This document shows, piece after piece, positions 19,638 through 29,972 of a DNA stretch of 64,000 nt (position 1 is the first letter of the stretch; every line of letters begins with the position of its first letter). The DNA lies in IMG/VR virus record IMGVR_UViG_3300042945_003044; one strand, written 5' to 3'. The notes below the pieces were generated by a model. It saw only the letters and a list, made by a program, of their open reading frames with translations. It made no database searches and was not told the DNA's origin. Source of the stretch: a virus. The position numbers were made by a program, and so were the translations under genes.

Positions 19638-21084
19638 CGATTGTAAAGCCATTAGTTTTTATACCCAAATTATTTTTAAGTTCTATTCTTGTTTGACCTT
19701 CGGAAATTTTGGCGCACCAACCCTTCATGTGACAATTAATATAATCATTGTCGTCGAGCCCTCCGCCATGACGACTTATTACAGGTATAAGCTTTCTGTT
19801 CCCCGCTTCTGGTCCGTCTTCTGCTATTTCTTCATCTGACTTACGCTTAAATATAGTAAAATTACTGCAAAGCCATATGATTCGATCCGATCCAGATGCG
19901 GTGTCTGTGCTTTCTTTGGATATGCCGTCTCTATTTAATTGTACAAACGCCACGATTGGTAGCTTATATTTGCAAGCAAAATTATGAAGAGCGGTCATCA
20001 TAAACCCTAGAACCTGATATTCCTTCATGTCTTGAGATATACCAGCAGAGTCCATGAGCTTTAGATAGTCATAAAATATAACGCAATCTTTAGCGGTTCC
20101 ATCGTCATTCAGTCCAACTTCTTTAATGAGCCATCTTTTCATCATAGATATTTGTTCATCAAAGGGCTTACCGGCAATGCTTTTATGAAAAATGGGCGTT
20201 TGTTTTAAATCCTCTACTGCTTTGAGTACCTTTTCTTTCATAGCTGGCGTCTCTGCGAATTTGCCGGTTTCTATTTTTGACATTTCGACCTCGGCGCTCA
20301 TAGCTATGAGTCTGTGTATATGGTCTTCTTTGGTCATTTCTGTGTCCATATTTAAGACCGGAATTTTTAGCTTATTGGCGATATGAAAACCTATATTATC
20401 AGACAATAATGTTTTACCGACTTTCGGTCTAGCTGCTATCACATTGATAGTGCTTTTTCTAAGTCCACCGCCTATAGCCATGTCGTATACAGGAAACCCA
20501 GTGGGTATACCCATCTGACTAATCGGATTATCTATTAGATTATTGATATAATCATCTAGGTTTTTACTAATCGACTCCGGTTCAGTAGCATTATCCACCA
20601 GCCCTGTAGAAAAATCAAGTATCGTGTCTTCCGCGATAGAAAGAATAGACGATATGCTTTCGGTGCCGGTAATATCTAATAGCTTCTCTTGAGTATCTCC
20701 GAGCGATTTATATAGGTCTCTTGCTATTTCTAGCTTTTTTATCTTTGCGGCAAATTTTTTAACATTAGATTTTTCAACAGGGAAATCTCTAATGGCCTGT
20801 AAATGCTGAACCTCTTCCTTTTTTTGTAATAGGTGAGATATCCCTAGTTCTTGGGCAGCTGAGTATATGGATGCTATATCTAGTTTTTTCGTACTAATAG
20901 TATCTGTATGTTCTGTTTTTCCAACAGATAATACATGAGCTAAGCATTTATATATATATTGATTACTGTCTATAGTAAATGTTGATTCTTTAAGAAGATC
21001 ACATACTTCAAGATAAGAGTCATCGCCATATTGGAATATACCGCTTAGAACTGCTCTTTCTGCGGCAGGGTCGCATAGTATCAT
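19606..21084 (-). CDS. dnaB: Replicative DNA helicase
   Basis: AERAVL, GIPTGF, AARPKVGKT, DYLKLM, QLNR. Confidence 0.93.
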   Translation of the reverse strand: MILCDPAAERAVLSGIFQYGDDSYLEVCDLLKESTFTIDSNQYIYKCLAHVLSVGKTEHTDTISTKKLDIASIYSAAQELGISHLLQKKEEVQHLQAIRDFPVEKSNVKKFAAKIKKLEIARDLYKSLGDTQEKLLDITGTESISSILSIAEDTILDFSTGLVDNATEPESISKNLDDYINNLIDNPISQMGIPTGFPVYDMAIGGGLRKSTINVIAARPKVGKTLLSDNIGFHIANKLKIPVLNMDTEMTKEDHIHRLIAMSAEVEMSKIETGKFAETPAMKEKVLKAVEDLKQTPIFHKSIAGKPFDEQISMMKRWLIKEVGLNDDGTAKDCVIFYDYLKLMDSAGISQDMKEYQVLGFMMTALHNFACKYKLPIVAFVQLNRDGISKESTDTASGSDRIIWLCSNFTIFKRKSDEEIAEDGPEAGNRKLIPVISRHGGGLDDNDYINCHMKGWCAKISEGQTRIELKNNLGIKTNGFTIDENKDQIDFV

Positions 21085-21091
21085 ATATTTA

Positions 21092-21484
21092 TTAGCCTTG
21101 TGTGGTTGAGCACTTGTTACACTTATATCTCGCAGCGCCTTCTGTTATTAGCTGCGGATGTACACTTTCCGACCTGCCGCATAATCTACAAGTAACCTTG
21201 ACAGGAGTATAGTTTCTATTACGAGATACGGGAGGCTGCTTACTCAATATTCTGTCTATGTCGATATCTTCTTTATGCATATGCAGCTCTGGCATACTCA
21301 AAAATTTATTGGAACTATTGCGCCCTGTAGTAGACTTAATAGGCTTATGCTGAGATGTCTTCTTCTTTGTTGTCTTTGTCTTTTTATTGGCTTTGGGTTC
21401 TTCTAGAACTTCCGGAGCATCATCCATCAGCCCTTTTTGTAAAATAGCTATAAGTTGCTGAATATCGTTTTTATCAAGAGCCAT
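21092..21484 (-). CDS. Hypothetical protein with C-terminal zinc ribbon
   Basis: CRLC...CNKC. Confidence 0.6.
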   Translation of the reverse strand: MALDKNDIQQLIAILQKGLMDDAPEVLEEPKANKKTKTTKKKTSQHKPIKSTTGRNSSNKFLSMPELHMHKEDIDIDRILSKQPPVSRNRNYTPVKVTCRLCGRSESVHPQLITEGAARYKCNKCSTTQG

Positions 21485-21956
21485 GTTTCACCTTTGTCTT
21501 TTGAATAGATAACATAATATCGGATAAATGTTTAATACTGTTGGCTAAATATTGCAATCTATCGCTTCTTTGTTTTGCATATTTTTTAATTTTATTTAGA
21601 GACAAAGCCTTTTCATTATGTTTAATAGCCTGCAAAGACTTTTCAACATATCCATAGCCTTTATAATTATTAAGTTCATCCGCTATAATTTCTTTGATGG
21701 TCTCATCCGCCCAGTTTAGTCTGGATAGTTCTCTGTTTATACTGCGTTGAATGTGAAATGCAAACTGGCCTAATCTATAAGCTATCTCGCCGCATACTTC
21801 TGGTGTGGTCTTTTCGAGTTCGTCTCTACTCATTTGAAAATACGTATTGAGTTCTTCTTCGGAAAAACAATCCGGCTTATATAGCCCTATGCCAATACTT
21901 TTTTCATATTCATCAAGAACCCTATCCCACTCATTAACTTGTTCTTTAGTGTTCAT
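21474..21956 (-). CDS. Hypothetical helical protein, possibly a UvsY-like recombination mediator
   Basis: All-helical/coiled-coil pattern, two genes downstream of recA; function by context only. Confidence 0.4.
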   Translation of the reverse strand: MNTKEQVNEWDRVLDEYEKSIGIGLYKPDCFSEEELNTYFQMSRDELEKTTPEVCGEIAYRLGQFAFHIQRSINRELSRLNWADETIKEIIADELNNYKGYGYVEKSLQAIKHNEKALSLNKIKKYAKQRSDRLQYLANSIKHLSDIMLSIQKTKVKHGS

Positions 21957-22353
21957 TTTTAATCCTTGATATCCAGTCATTTGTTTGGTCAAAAGGAAGC
22001 TCTACATATTCTATGCCGTTTAATTCACACCACTCTTTTTTATCCTGATCTCTTTTCTTGTGCCTAATAAATCCAAGAGTAGTGTTGTGAAAAAAACGAC
22101 TAAATTTGTAATGTTGCTCACCATGAACTTCGATACATTTTTTTATTAACGGTAGGTAGAAGTCTAAGTACAGGGTCTCTGATCTCCTAGGATTAATAGG
22201 TACTTCCTCTAGTATCTGCAAGGTCGGAAAACATTCGCGGATTAGGTCTCTAGCCTGCAAGTGTAAACTAGACTTATTGGCTATAGACCCATGTGCTATA
22301 TTTCCAATTAATTGCCAATTATGACTATTGCCATCGAGATCTTTTACTTGCAT
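21946..22353 (-). CDS. Small PD-(D/E)XK (DUF559-like) endonuclease
   Basis: LDFYLP...IEVHGEQHY...RD..KKEWC. Confidence 0.75.
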   Translation of the reverse strand: MQVKDLDGNSHNWQLIGNIAHGSIANKSSLHLQARDLIRECFPTLQILEEVPINPRRSETLYLDFYLPLIKKCIEVHGEQHYKFSRFFHNTTLGFIRHKKRDQDKKEWCELNGIEYVELPFDQTNDWISRIKNEH

Positions 22354-23366
22354 TTGATTCCCATAGTATCTTTAACTTTATTCCATAAGTCGTCATATAC
22401 TTCTGGATGATCTAATAGATACTGTCTTGTTTTTTCAAGTCCTTGAAACTTTGGTTTATCTTCTACGGAACTGATAGTATACCACGCTCCGCCCTTAGAT
22501 ATTAAGCCAAGATCTACGGCCAGTGTTAATAGTTCCATTTGCTTATCAATACCTTGTCCGTATCTTAGGTAACTTGTGATTTTACCACCGGGAGCACCAA
22601 GAGCAGAACACACAACTTGCCAATGAACCTCTTGTCCTATTTGTGGACTATCGGCGGTTAGATTCCATGGGCTAAAATAATTAGCCTTAATTTTAATATC
22701 TGTTTGATATGCTATGGCCTGACCGCTCTTTTCTTTCCATTCGCTGTGTCCCATACCAGGATTGCCCATTTGATGAGTAATACCAATCACAATATTTCTA
22801 TTAACCGGAATAACATTTGCGACTTTTCTACAGAATTTAGCAAGTAGCTTCGCTCCGTCTGCTCTTTGCATCTTATTCATATCGCTTGTAATTTCTGTCT
22901 CGGTGCATAGTGCTGAATATGAGTCTATAACAACTACCGACCCGGGTATTTCATTAATGATTCTTTCTGCTATCTGTAGATATTCTTCTGCATGTAATAT
23001 CTTACCTTCTTGAGATCCTATGATATTAAACTTATCAAGATTGAGTCCTGGGATTCCTTCTAGATCTCTTTTTTTCAATCTACCTTCTATGTTAAGGTAG
23101 TACACTTCTCTACCCTCTTTGAATGATCCGTGAGCATATTCTTTTTTCTGTGCAGTAGCGCAAAAGTCGAGGGATGTTGTTGTCTTACCGCATTTGGGTT
23201 GACCAGTAAAAATAACGAAAGAGCCTTCTGGTATTCCTCCGTTCAAAACAACATCTAGTGCCGGACCGACCGGAATAGTTACTAGATTTTTATCAATAAC
23301 AGAGTTAGCTGTTAATATTACATTATCTCCAAAATTCTTTTTTACGTCTTCTTTAAGTCCCATCAT
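22344..23366 (-). CDS. recA: RecA/UvsX-like recombinase
   Basis: LDVVLNGGIP, GQPKCGKTT, VVIDSYSAL, YGQGID, GAWY, KFQG. Confidence 0.92.
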   Translation of the reverse strand: MMGLKEDVKKNFGDNVILTANSVIDKNLVTIPVGPALDVVLNGGIPEGSFVIFTGQPKCGKTTTSLDFCATAQKKEYAHGSFKEGREVYYLNIEGRLKKRDLEGIPGLNLDKFNIIGSQEGKILHAEEYLQIAERIINEIPGSVVVIDSYSALCTETEITSDMNKMQRADGAKLLAKFCRKVANVIPVNRNIVIGITHQMGNPGMGHSEWKEKSGQAIAYQTDIKIKANYFSPWNLTADSPQIGQEVHWQVVCSALGAPGGKITSYLRYGQGIDKQMELLTLAVDLGLISKGGAWYTISSVEDKPKFQGLEKTRQYLLDHPEVYDDLWNKVKDTMGIKCK

Positions 23367-23772
23367 CTAGTTCCTTTAGCTTGGATAATATATTGTTTGT
23401 TTTAGAAACTCTGTTCTTATATGATGTAGAGTCGTTTCTTGTTATTTCTTTTGTCGTTTCTTTCTTTGACTCTATCTCTATGGATTTGGCGCATGAATCT
23501 ATAATAGCTATGAGGTGCGGGGCTCGCAAAGAATATATTTTTGCGGCTTTGGGACTGTTGAGAGCTTTGATTATGGCGTTAGGAGAATATTGTTTAAGCA
23601 ATTTATTAGCAGTGGCTATTTGATCGCGAAAAAACTTTTCCCACTCTTTATTTAACCAAAATCTAAAATGCAGATCTCTTTTCTCTAAGACTGCTTTGTG
23701 TTCACATATTATCTCTGTGATATATTGAGCAGCAGAGACTGTCTTGCCGTTAGAGTATTTAGAAATATACAT
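23353..23772 (-). CDS. Hypothetical protein
   Basis: ORF coupled to recA. Confidence 0.6.
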   Translation of the reverse strand: MYISKYSNGKTVSAAQYITEIICEHKAVLEKRDLHFRFWLNKEWEKFFRDQIATANKLLKQYSPNAIIKALNSPKAAKIYSLRAPHLIAIIDSCAKSIEIESKKETTKEITRNDSTSYKNRVSKTNNILSKLKELDDGT

Positions 23773-23777
23773 TCTTT

Positions 23778-24086
23778 TCAGTCGTTTGGTCTGAAAATAC
23801 AATTGTTATTACGAGGAGATGTTTGACTTTGAGCTTTTCGTAATTCGTCCGAGGCTTGTGATGCTGCCATGGTCATTATACTAACGCTTTTATTCTTTTT
23901 TCCAGCCGTTTCATTAATAGTTAGGCGCTGCTTAGTCTTTTGCTTGCTCTTGGTCCACGCAGCAATAGTGTCTATATCTATGCCTAATTTATCACTGATT
24001 TCGGCGTCATTCATTCCTGTGTGACGCAGCCATAGTGAGGCGTATTCTTGTAATTCCAGTTTACTGCTTTTTTTTGCTCTAGCCAT
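23778..24086 (-). CDS. HTH-containing hypothetical protein
   Basis: GMNDAEISDKLGIDIDTIAAW helix-turn-helix pattern. Confidence 0.55.
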   Translation of the reverse strand: MARAKKSSKLELQEYASLWLRHTGMNDAEISDKLGIDIDTIAAWTKSKQKTKQRLTINETAGKKNKSVSIMTMAASQASDELRKAQSQTSPRNNNCIFRPND

Positions 24087-24089
24087 AAA

Positions 24090-24467
24090 TCAAACCTCTC
24101 TTTCCGCTTTGTATAACCATGCTATGTTTTTTGTGGATAAAAAACGCAAATAAAAATCAAATGCTCGACAGTTTACTTCTCTATATTCTATATTTGACCT
24201 AGTAATATTTGATAATAATTGTCCACTTTTTTCTCTGCCATAAATAGATAAAGGGTTATATAGTTTGTGCTCAGTATTTATCCTGATTAAGAATTTATAG
24301 TCTCCATTAGTCTTCAAGATCTTTTTAGCCAAAATAAATTTAGTATTCGTTGGATTTACAATAGGCAGATTGTGCTCATCTATATTATCGTGAGTACCAA
24401 GAATACCATAGCACACTGTTTCATCGGGTAGCTGATCGGGCGTTTGTTCAAATAAAAAATTTTGCAT
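24090..24467 (-). CDS. Hypothetical protein, paralog of 25140-25565
   Basis: Shared YNP and EV..AFD.YL.FL.TKN..WL....RE motifs. Confidence 0.65.
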   Translation of the reverse strand: MQNFLFEQTPDQLPDETVCYGILGTHDNIDEHNLPIVNPTNTKFILAKKILKTNGDYKFLIRINTEHKLYNPLSIYGREKSGQLLSNITRSNIEYREVNCRAFDFYLRFLSTKNIAWLYKAEREV

Positions 24468-24470
24468 TGA

Positions 24471-24812
24471 TTAAAGTCCTTTGGCTCCCTGTGTTATACA
24501 TTCATATATTCTCTGAGAAAAAGTTTCTACTATTAAATCGCTATCTTCTGTAGATTTCACAGGAATGAAGAAGTTTTTTTCTACTACTTTAGAGGGTGCT
24601 GTTGTTTCCCCTTTTTCGTTCTGTTCATATATATATGTCTTAAGATTAACAACTATTTCTTTTGGAGCATCCGTACTCTTCTTATCGGCAAACATTTCTT
24701 GCTTAGACGACTGGTTATGACGTATGTGTTCTGTCAAATCGTCATTAAAGAAATCGTTTAGTTTTTGTACCAGCTCTTGGCTTATATCTGGTAGGTTTTC
24801 TTTATTGTCCAT
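24471..24812 (-). CDS. Hypothetical protein
   Basis: 113 aa ORF in operon. Confidence 0.55.
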   Translation of the reverse strand: MDNKENLPDISQELVQKLNDFFNDDLTEHIRHNQSSKQEMFADKKSTDAPKEIVVNLKTYIYEQNEKGETTAPSKVVEKNFFIPVKSTEDSDLIVETFSQRIYECITQGAKGL

Positions 24813-25140
24813 ATTTTTTAGGCTTTTCGATTCGTGTCATTCCCGATGGTAGTTTTAAATGAAAGTCTTCTTTATAGTTATTGTGCTTATGATATAAGTG
24901 ATTTTTTTGATCTGCGCTTAATCTATCTCTATTTCTATTAGCTAGATCTCCTATAGTTTTGAGTTCCGAATCGGCCTTAATAACAGAACCACACATTCCA
25001 GCTAAATCGTCTTGATAAGACCTACAGGTTTGTTGTGATCCACAAGATTCACATTTTGGAGACTCTATATAGTTTTTGATAGTAAAAAAAAGCTCGAATT
25101 TATTTTTACATTCTTCACAGACAAAAGTATAGGTGGGCAT
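24802..25140 (-). CDS. FmdB-family zinc-ribbon protein
   Basis: MPTYTFVCEEC..FE...CESCGS. Confidence 0.85.
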   Translation of the reverse strand: MPTYTFVCEECKNKFELFFTIKNYIESPKCESCGSQQTCRSYQDDLAGMCGSVIKADSELKTIGDLANRNRDRLSADQKNHLYHKHNNYKEDFHLKLPSGMTRIEKPKKYGQ

Positions 25141-25565
25141 TATTTAAGTTCTCTTTGCGTCTCTTTAAGCCATTTTAGATTTTTTGTTTTCAAAAACATC
25201 AGATACTTATCAAAAGCTGTTTTCGAAACCTCTATAAACGACCATCCCTCTTTACAAACATTATTGACGAAAGATAGCTTATCTTTTTTCTCTACAGAAT
25301 GAAGCTTTTTGGGGTTGTATGGTATTTTTTCTGGATTGGCTAAAATATAGTATCTGTAAGATATCCTATTAACGCCATTATTAATTTTAAGCTCTCTTGG
25401 CTTGCGACCATATATAGCTTTAGCAAAAACTCTGTCTAACTTAGACCCGGCGACCGTGGGATAACCCTGATCGTCTAAAGCGTCATGCTCTCCTTCGAGA
25501 GTATAAAAAAGATCTTCTACACTAGTTTTCTGTTGGAGAATAAAATCCTGTGGATTGATTTTCAT
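25140..25565 (-). CDS. Hypothetical protein, paralog of 24090-24467
   Basis: Shared C-terminal motif. Confidence 0.65.
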   Translation of the reverse strand: MKINPQDFILQQKTSVEDLFYTLEGEHDALDDQGYPTVAGSKLDRVFAKAIYGRKPRELKINNGVNRISYRYYILANPEKIPYNPKKLHSVEKKDKLSFVNNVCKEGWSFIEVSKTAFDKYLMFLKTKNLKWLKETQRELK

Positions 25566-26142
25566 TAGGTATTACCTTTCCAAGATACGGGAGCCAGTCC
25601 ATTTCTATAATAGATAGATGCCTGTAGAGAGGCAAGTATTTTTCTGAAAACGTAGGTCTTGTGGGCTTAGTTAAAATTTTCATATTGGCCTCTTGCGGAG
25701 TTCTATCTCTTTTTTTAGCGTTGCAAATCACACAAGAGGTTACTATATTAGACCAGTCTGTTAATATAATATCTGTTTTATTCTTTATCCTAGAACGCGG
25801 AACAACATGATCTCTAGTTAATTGAGAAGCCGGTAATTTTAAACCACAATACTGACAAGTATAATTGTCTCTTATAAATATATTGTCTTTAGAAAAAGTG
25901 ATTCTTTTATTATACAAATTTAAAAAGGATATACATTTAGCCACTGACGGCAATTTATATTCCTTACCACATGCGCCCAGTATTTTTTTATTTTTGTGAT
26001 ATTGTATAATTTCTATACCATAATCTGAGTCTTGGTCATATTTGATAGACCACACTATCGCCTTTTGCCAAGGAATTATCCTTAAAGGACGCAAATCAGC
26101 ATTAAGTAAAAGACAGTTTCTCGCTTCAGATCTGTTTCTCAT
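25522..26142 (-). CDS. HNH endonuclease (McrA-like)
   Basis: LLLNAD..PL, RDNYTCQYCG, DHVVPRS, CVICNAKK. Confidence 0.9.
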   Translation of the reverse strand: MRNRSEARNCLLLNADLRPLRIIPWQKAIVWSIKYDQDSDYGIEIIQYHKNKKILGACGKEYKLPSVAKCISFLNLYNKRITFSKDNIFIRDNYTCQYCGLKLPASQLTRDHVVPRSRIKNKTDIILTDWSNIVTSCVICNAKKRDRTPQEANMKILTKPTRPTFSEKYLPLYRHLSIIEMDWLPYLGKVIPNENQSTGFYSPTEN

Positions 26143-26854
26143 ACGAATCTAATCTTCCAAGAATCTGTGAGATAATTGGATTTCTCACTATGTCCACGGC
26201 TTCTAGTTTGGAATAGCCTATACCATCTAATCCAGATAGGGCATTTATCATATTTATAAACCCTCCCTGTAAGTGTCTGTTTAGATCGGATTGCGCTACG
26301 TCCCCAGTTAAAACCATCCTACTATGCTGTCCTGTTCTAGTTATAAGCATCTTGAGCTGCTCATAAGAAGCATTTTGACACTCATCAGCAACGATAAAAG
26401 AATTATGGAAATTACGTCCTCTCATTAGACCTAAAGGTACTACCTCTATTTTATTGTTAAGTCTTAAAGAGGCATATTGAGCTGGTGAAATGAAATGGTC
26501 TATTTCGTCGAGTATGGGTAATAAATATGGATGTAATTTCTCTTCTGCTGATCCTGGTAGATAACCTATCTTTTCACCAGCCTCTAGAATGGGTCTAGTG
26601 ATAATAATTTTTTTAACTTTCTCGTCAAGCAAATACTCCAACGCCATACCTATGGCGATATGCGTCTTTCCGCTACCTGCAAGTCCTTGACAAAAGGTTA
26701 TCGTGTTTTCTGCTACGGTTCTAATATACTCTTTTTGATTTTCTGTTCTGGGTTTTAATCTATTTCTGTATGCGTAACCATTAGGATTGATTTCGTTGGT
26801 TAAATCAATGACCTTGCTCTTTTTTTTATTAGAGCTGCGATTATTTTTTTTCAA
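26126..26854 (-). CDS. phoH: PhoH-family ATPase
   Basis: GLAGSGKT, ITRP, GYLPG, MRGR, DECQN, GD..QSD, VRNP. Confidence 0.95.
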   Translation of the reverse strand: MKKNNRSSNKKKSKVIDLTNEINPNGYAYRNRLKPRTENQKEYIRTVAENTITFCQGLAGSGKTHIAIGMALEYLLDEKVKKIIITRPILEAGEKIGYLPGSAEEKLHPYLLPILDEIDHFISPAQYASLRLNNKIEVVPLGLMRGRNFHNSFIVADECQNASYEQLKMLITRTGQHSRMVLTGDVAQSDLNRHLQGGFINMINALSGLDGIGYSKLEAVDIVRNPIISQILGRLDSYEKQI

Positions 26855-26902
26855 GTTGAGTTCCTTGTCAGGAGTATTTCAAACCACTTACGCAACTATA
26901 TA

Positions 26903-26909
26903 ATACACC
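26903..26909 (-). promoter_or_regulatory. GGTGTAT motif upstream of phoH (putative phage promoter)
   Basis: One of at least eight copies located just upstream of minus-strand starts. Confidence 0.5.
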
Positions 26910-26914
26910 ATAGT

Positions 26915-27292
26915 TTATATTACAAAACTATCTAATTTCGGAGGAAGCCAATTTTCTGGCTTTAGTACTTTACCGTCGGATCTCTTTTTTACCTTACCAG
27001 TTGAGGTATCTATTTTAGCAAAATTGGTCCGCATAACCTCATCCCAAGCTCCTTCTCCATGAGCCCCCATGCTATTAATAGCTCCAACTGTAACAACTAT
27101 TATATCAATAAGAGCATCCAGTATTTCTACCTTGTCACTATTGTCAAATGCTTCTTGTAGTTCCTTGGTCTCTTCTTTTATAAGAGCATGATACATATCT
27201 AGTTGGGACTTATTCCATTCGCATACTGTTTGATCACACGCCACCATAAAATCTGTTTGGTCCTTAAAAACATTTCCCATATCCTTTTTCAC
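26915..27292 (-). CDS. MazG-like nucleoside triphosphate pyrophosphohydrolase
   Basis: LIKEETKEL, DALID, VMRTNFAK, DGKVLKP. Confidence 0.85.
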   Translation of the reverse strand: MKKDMGNVFKDQTDFMVACDQTVCEWNKSQLDMYHALIKEETKELQEAFDNSDKVEILDALIDIIVVTVGAINSMGAHGEGAWDEVMRTNFAKIDTSTGKVKKRSDGKVLKPENWLPPKLDSFVI

Positions 27293-27309
27293 TCCTTCAT
27301 TTAAATAGA

Positions 27310-28962
27310 CTATGCTTCACAACTACTACACGTTAGAATGCTACGAGCTAACTCTTGTGCAGGATTTGACGACCTTTGATAATAAAAAGTCTTAATGCCG
27401 TTTTCCCATCCATATATCAGTAGTTCGCTAACTTCTTTAGCTGGGCAGTTTGGCGGTATCATTAGATTAAGAGAAATTGCTTGATCTATATATTTTTGTC
27501 GTTGAATATTTTGAATCACTATTTCTTTTTGACTAATTTCTCCAAATGTTTTAAATACATCTTTTTCTTCTTTGGTCAAGAAAGTAAGATGTTGTACAGA
27601 CCCGCCTCTGACTAGTATATCTTTCCATATTTCTTCTTTATCCATATCTCTATCCTTTAATAATTTCTTAAGATACGGATTTTTATATGTAAAGCTACCC
27701 TTTGCTAGTTTTTTAACAAAATAATTCGAATTAAGAGGCTCTACAGATGGACTAACCTGACCCAATATAAAAGAACTCGAAGTGGTTGGTGCAACAGCGA
27801 GGGTTGTCACATTTCTTCTGTTGTATCCTTTTAGAAGTTCCGGTTCTCCAAAAATTCCCGCTAGTTCAGTAGAGGCCTTGTCTGCTCTTTGCCTTATAGT
27901 TTTCCATATCTCTGTATTTAGAGACTTGGCCTGCATAGATTCAAAGCCTATCATTTTAGACTGTAACAAAGAATGCCATCCAAGAACACCCATACCCAAA
28001 GCCCTTTGAGATTTAGCAAAGTTATGTGCGGCTTGTAAAAATCGTGTGTTACCAGTTTTTCTTATAAACTCTTCGTTAACGGCATCCAAAAAATATACCA
28101 TTGTTTCGATAGCGTCTGTATTCTTTATTTCTTCCCAATGCAGAAGATTTAATGATGATAGCACACAAACAAAAGAATTTGCCTCATCAGAGTACAGGGC
28201 TATTTCTGAGCAAAGATTTGAACTCTTTATTTTAAGCCTTTTGTCTTTATATGCTTGTGGGGCGTTATTATTTATATTATCTGAAAATAGAATATATGGA
28301 TATCCAGTTTCGAATCTTTTTTGAATTATTTTTGCCCAGATTTTTCTCTTGTCTTTATCCCCATCAACCATATCCTTCATCCAGTCGTCTGTAATGGTTA
28401 CAGCTATACTCATATTCTGAATATTATGTCCCTCGGATCTTATCTGCAAATACTCCTCTATATCCGGATGTTCAACAGGTAGATACGCGGCAAACGACCC
28501 TCTTCTAGCCGAGCCTTGCGAAACTACTTCCGCTACCTTGTCAAATAGCTCCATAAAGTGAACAGGGCCGCTAGATTCTCCGCCTACGCTAATCTTGACG
28601 CCTCTGGCTCTTAGATCTCCAAAATATCCGGATGTACCACCTCCTAATTTACTCATCATTCCAACCTCTGCTACCTTATACAATATACCGTCCATTGTAT
28701 CCGGAATATAGGAGTTGAAGCACGACACGGGCAGTCCTCTGTCATTACCAAAATTAGTCCAAACCGGCGTGGCCAACGAGTAGAACCCCCTAGACATATA
28801 GTCCTCAAACTTATCCGCAAAACCATTGATATTCAGTATAGTTTCTGCGGTTTCGGCTATTTGTCTAATCCTCACTTCTGGTGTAACACCTTCTTTTAGA
28901 TAACCACGTTCTAAGAAAATTCTACTATGCGAATTAAGCCAATAATACTTCTTATTGTTCAT
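27310..28962 (-). CDS. nrdA: Ribonucleotide reductase alpha subunit, short, no ATP cone (class Id-like)
   Basis: PVSC, SNLCSEI, VCVLSS, APTTSS, YYQRS, C-terminal CSSC. Confidence 0.95.
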   Translation of the reverse strand: MNNKKYYWLNSHSRIFLERGYLKEGVTPEVRIRQIAETAETILNINGFADKFEDYMSRGFYSLATPVWTNFGNDRGLPVSCFNSYIPDTMDGILYKVAEVGMMSKLGGGTSGYFGDLRARGVKISVGGESSGPVHFMELFDKVAEVVSQGSARRGSFAAYLPVEHPDIEEYLQIRSEGHNIQNMSIAVTITDDWMKDMVDGDKDKRKIWAKIIQKRFETGYPYILFSDNINNNAPQAYKDKRLKIKSSNLCSEIALYSDEANSFVCVLSSLNLLHWEEIKNTDAIETMVYFLDAVNEEFIRKTGNTRFLQAAHNFAKSQRALGMGVLGWHSLLQSKMIGFESMQAKSLNTEIWKTIRQRADKASTELAGIFGEPELLKGYNRRNVTTLAVAPTTSSSFILGQVSPSVEPLNSNYFVKKLAKGSFTYKNPYLKKLLKDRDMDKEEIWKDILVRGGSVQHLTFLTKEEKDVFKTFGEISQKEIVIQNIQRQKYIDQAISLNLMIPPNCPAKEVSELLIYGWENGIKTFYYQRSSNPAQELARSILTCSSCEA

Positions 28963-29000
28963 CTTGATTTTTCCTTAGCTAAATCTTTAAAAGTTTATAT

Positions 29001-29972
29001 CTAAAATAAGTCTTCTACATCAAAACTCTGAGAGTTTTTCGCGTATTCCACCGGCCTGCTATGGAAAAAATCTGTCATATTATTTCCTAGAACTTGTTCA
29101 TCGAACCATGTGGTCTTAGCTATTTCTGTGTTATCTATTTCAAAAATATGGTCATAACCTATTTGTTTTAAAGACTCATTCATTCTATTCTTGATGAACT
29201 CCTTCAGCAAGTTGGAGTTTAGTTTTTCGTGATCATATCCATTAACTATCCATTCTATAATTTGACATTCATACTTAATAGCGTCCTTAGCTTCATGTTC
29301 TATTTTTGCTTTTAGCTCATCATCGAATAGTTCTGGATATTCTTCTTTAATAGTATTAATGATTTTAATACCTATCATAGCATGAAGATTTTCTTCTCTT
29401 GACGTGTATTCTACTTGCTTGTTGGTGTCCTTCAATGCGTTTTTATATCTTCCAAAAAAGCTGATGGTGTAGAATTGTGAGAATAAAGCAATATTTTCAA
29501 CAAACAAGGTAAAAAGTATTAAAGAATATACGAACTGTTTTTTGTTATTATCATGAAATTTGTGAAGGTGCTTGCGTAGATAATTTACGCGACCCTTAAT
29601 AATATCTAATTGTAGAATATCATCAAAAGCATGATCTATACCTAGCACTTCCAATAGTCTCTCGTAAGCATCTCCATGAATAACCTCAACGTTGGCCATA
29701 ACATATCCCATATCATTAATACTAGGGTGAGGCAAATTATCTCCTAGTTTGGCCCAAAACTTTTTAACACTAATTTCTAATTGACCTATAGTTGATAAGG
29801 CTCGGGTTACTATCTGACGTTCTTGTTCGGTTAGGTTAACTTTAAAATCTTGAACATCACTACTAAAATTAAATTCCTTATGAGTCCAAAAACCATTATG
29901 CATCGCTGCCATAAAGTCCTGGGTCCAAGGGTAATGATCAGGTTTTCTAGAAATTTGTTCATCAAAAATCAT
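29001..29972 (-). CDS. nrdB: Ribonucleotide reductase beta subunit (class Id-like)
   Basis: QLEISVKKFW, EVIHGDAY, ENIALFSQF, REENLH, DFFHSRPVEY. Confidence 0.93.
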   Translation of the reverse strand: MIFDEQISRKPDHYPWTQDFMAAMHNGFWTHKEFNFSSDVQDFKVNLTEQERQIVTRALSTIGQLEISVKKFWAKLGDNLPHPSINDMGYVMANVEVIHGDAYERLLEVLGIDHAFDDILQLDIIKGRVNYLRKHLHKFHDNNKKQFVYSLILFTLFVENIALFSQFYTISFFGRYKNALKDTNKQVEYTSREENLHAMIGIKIINTIKEEYPELFDDELKAKIEHEAKDAIKYECQIIEWIVNGYDHEKLNSNLLKEFIKNRMNESLKQIGYDHIFEIDNTEIAKTTWFDEQVLGNNMTDFFHSRPVEYAKNSQSFDVEDLF

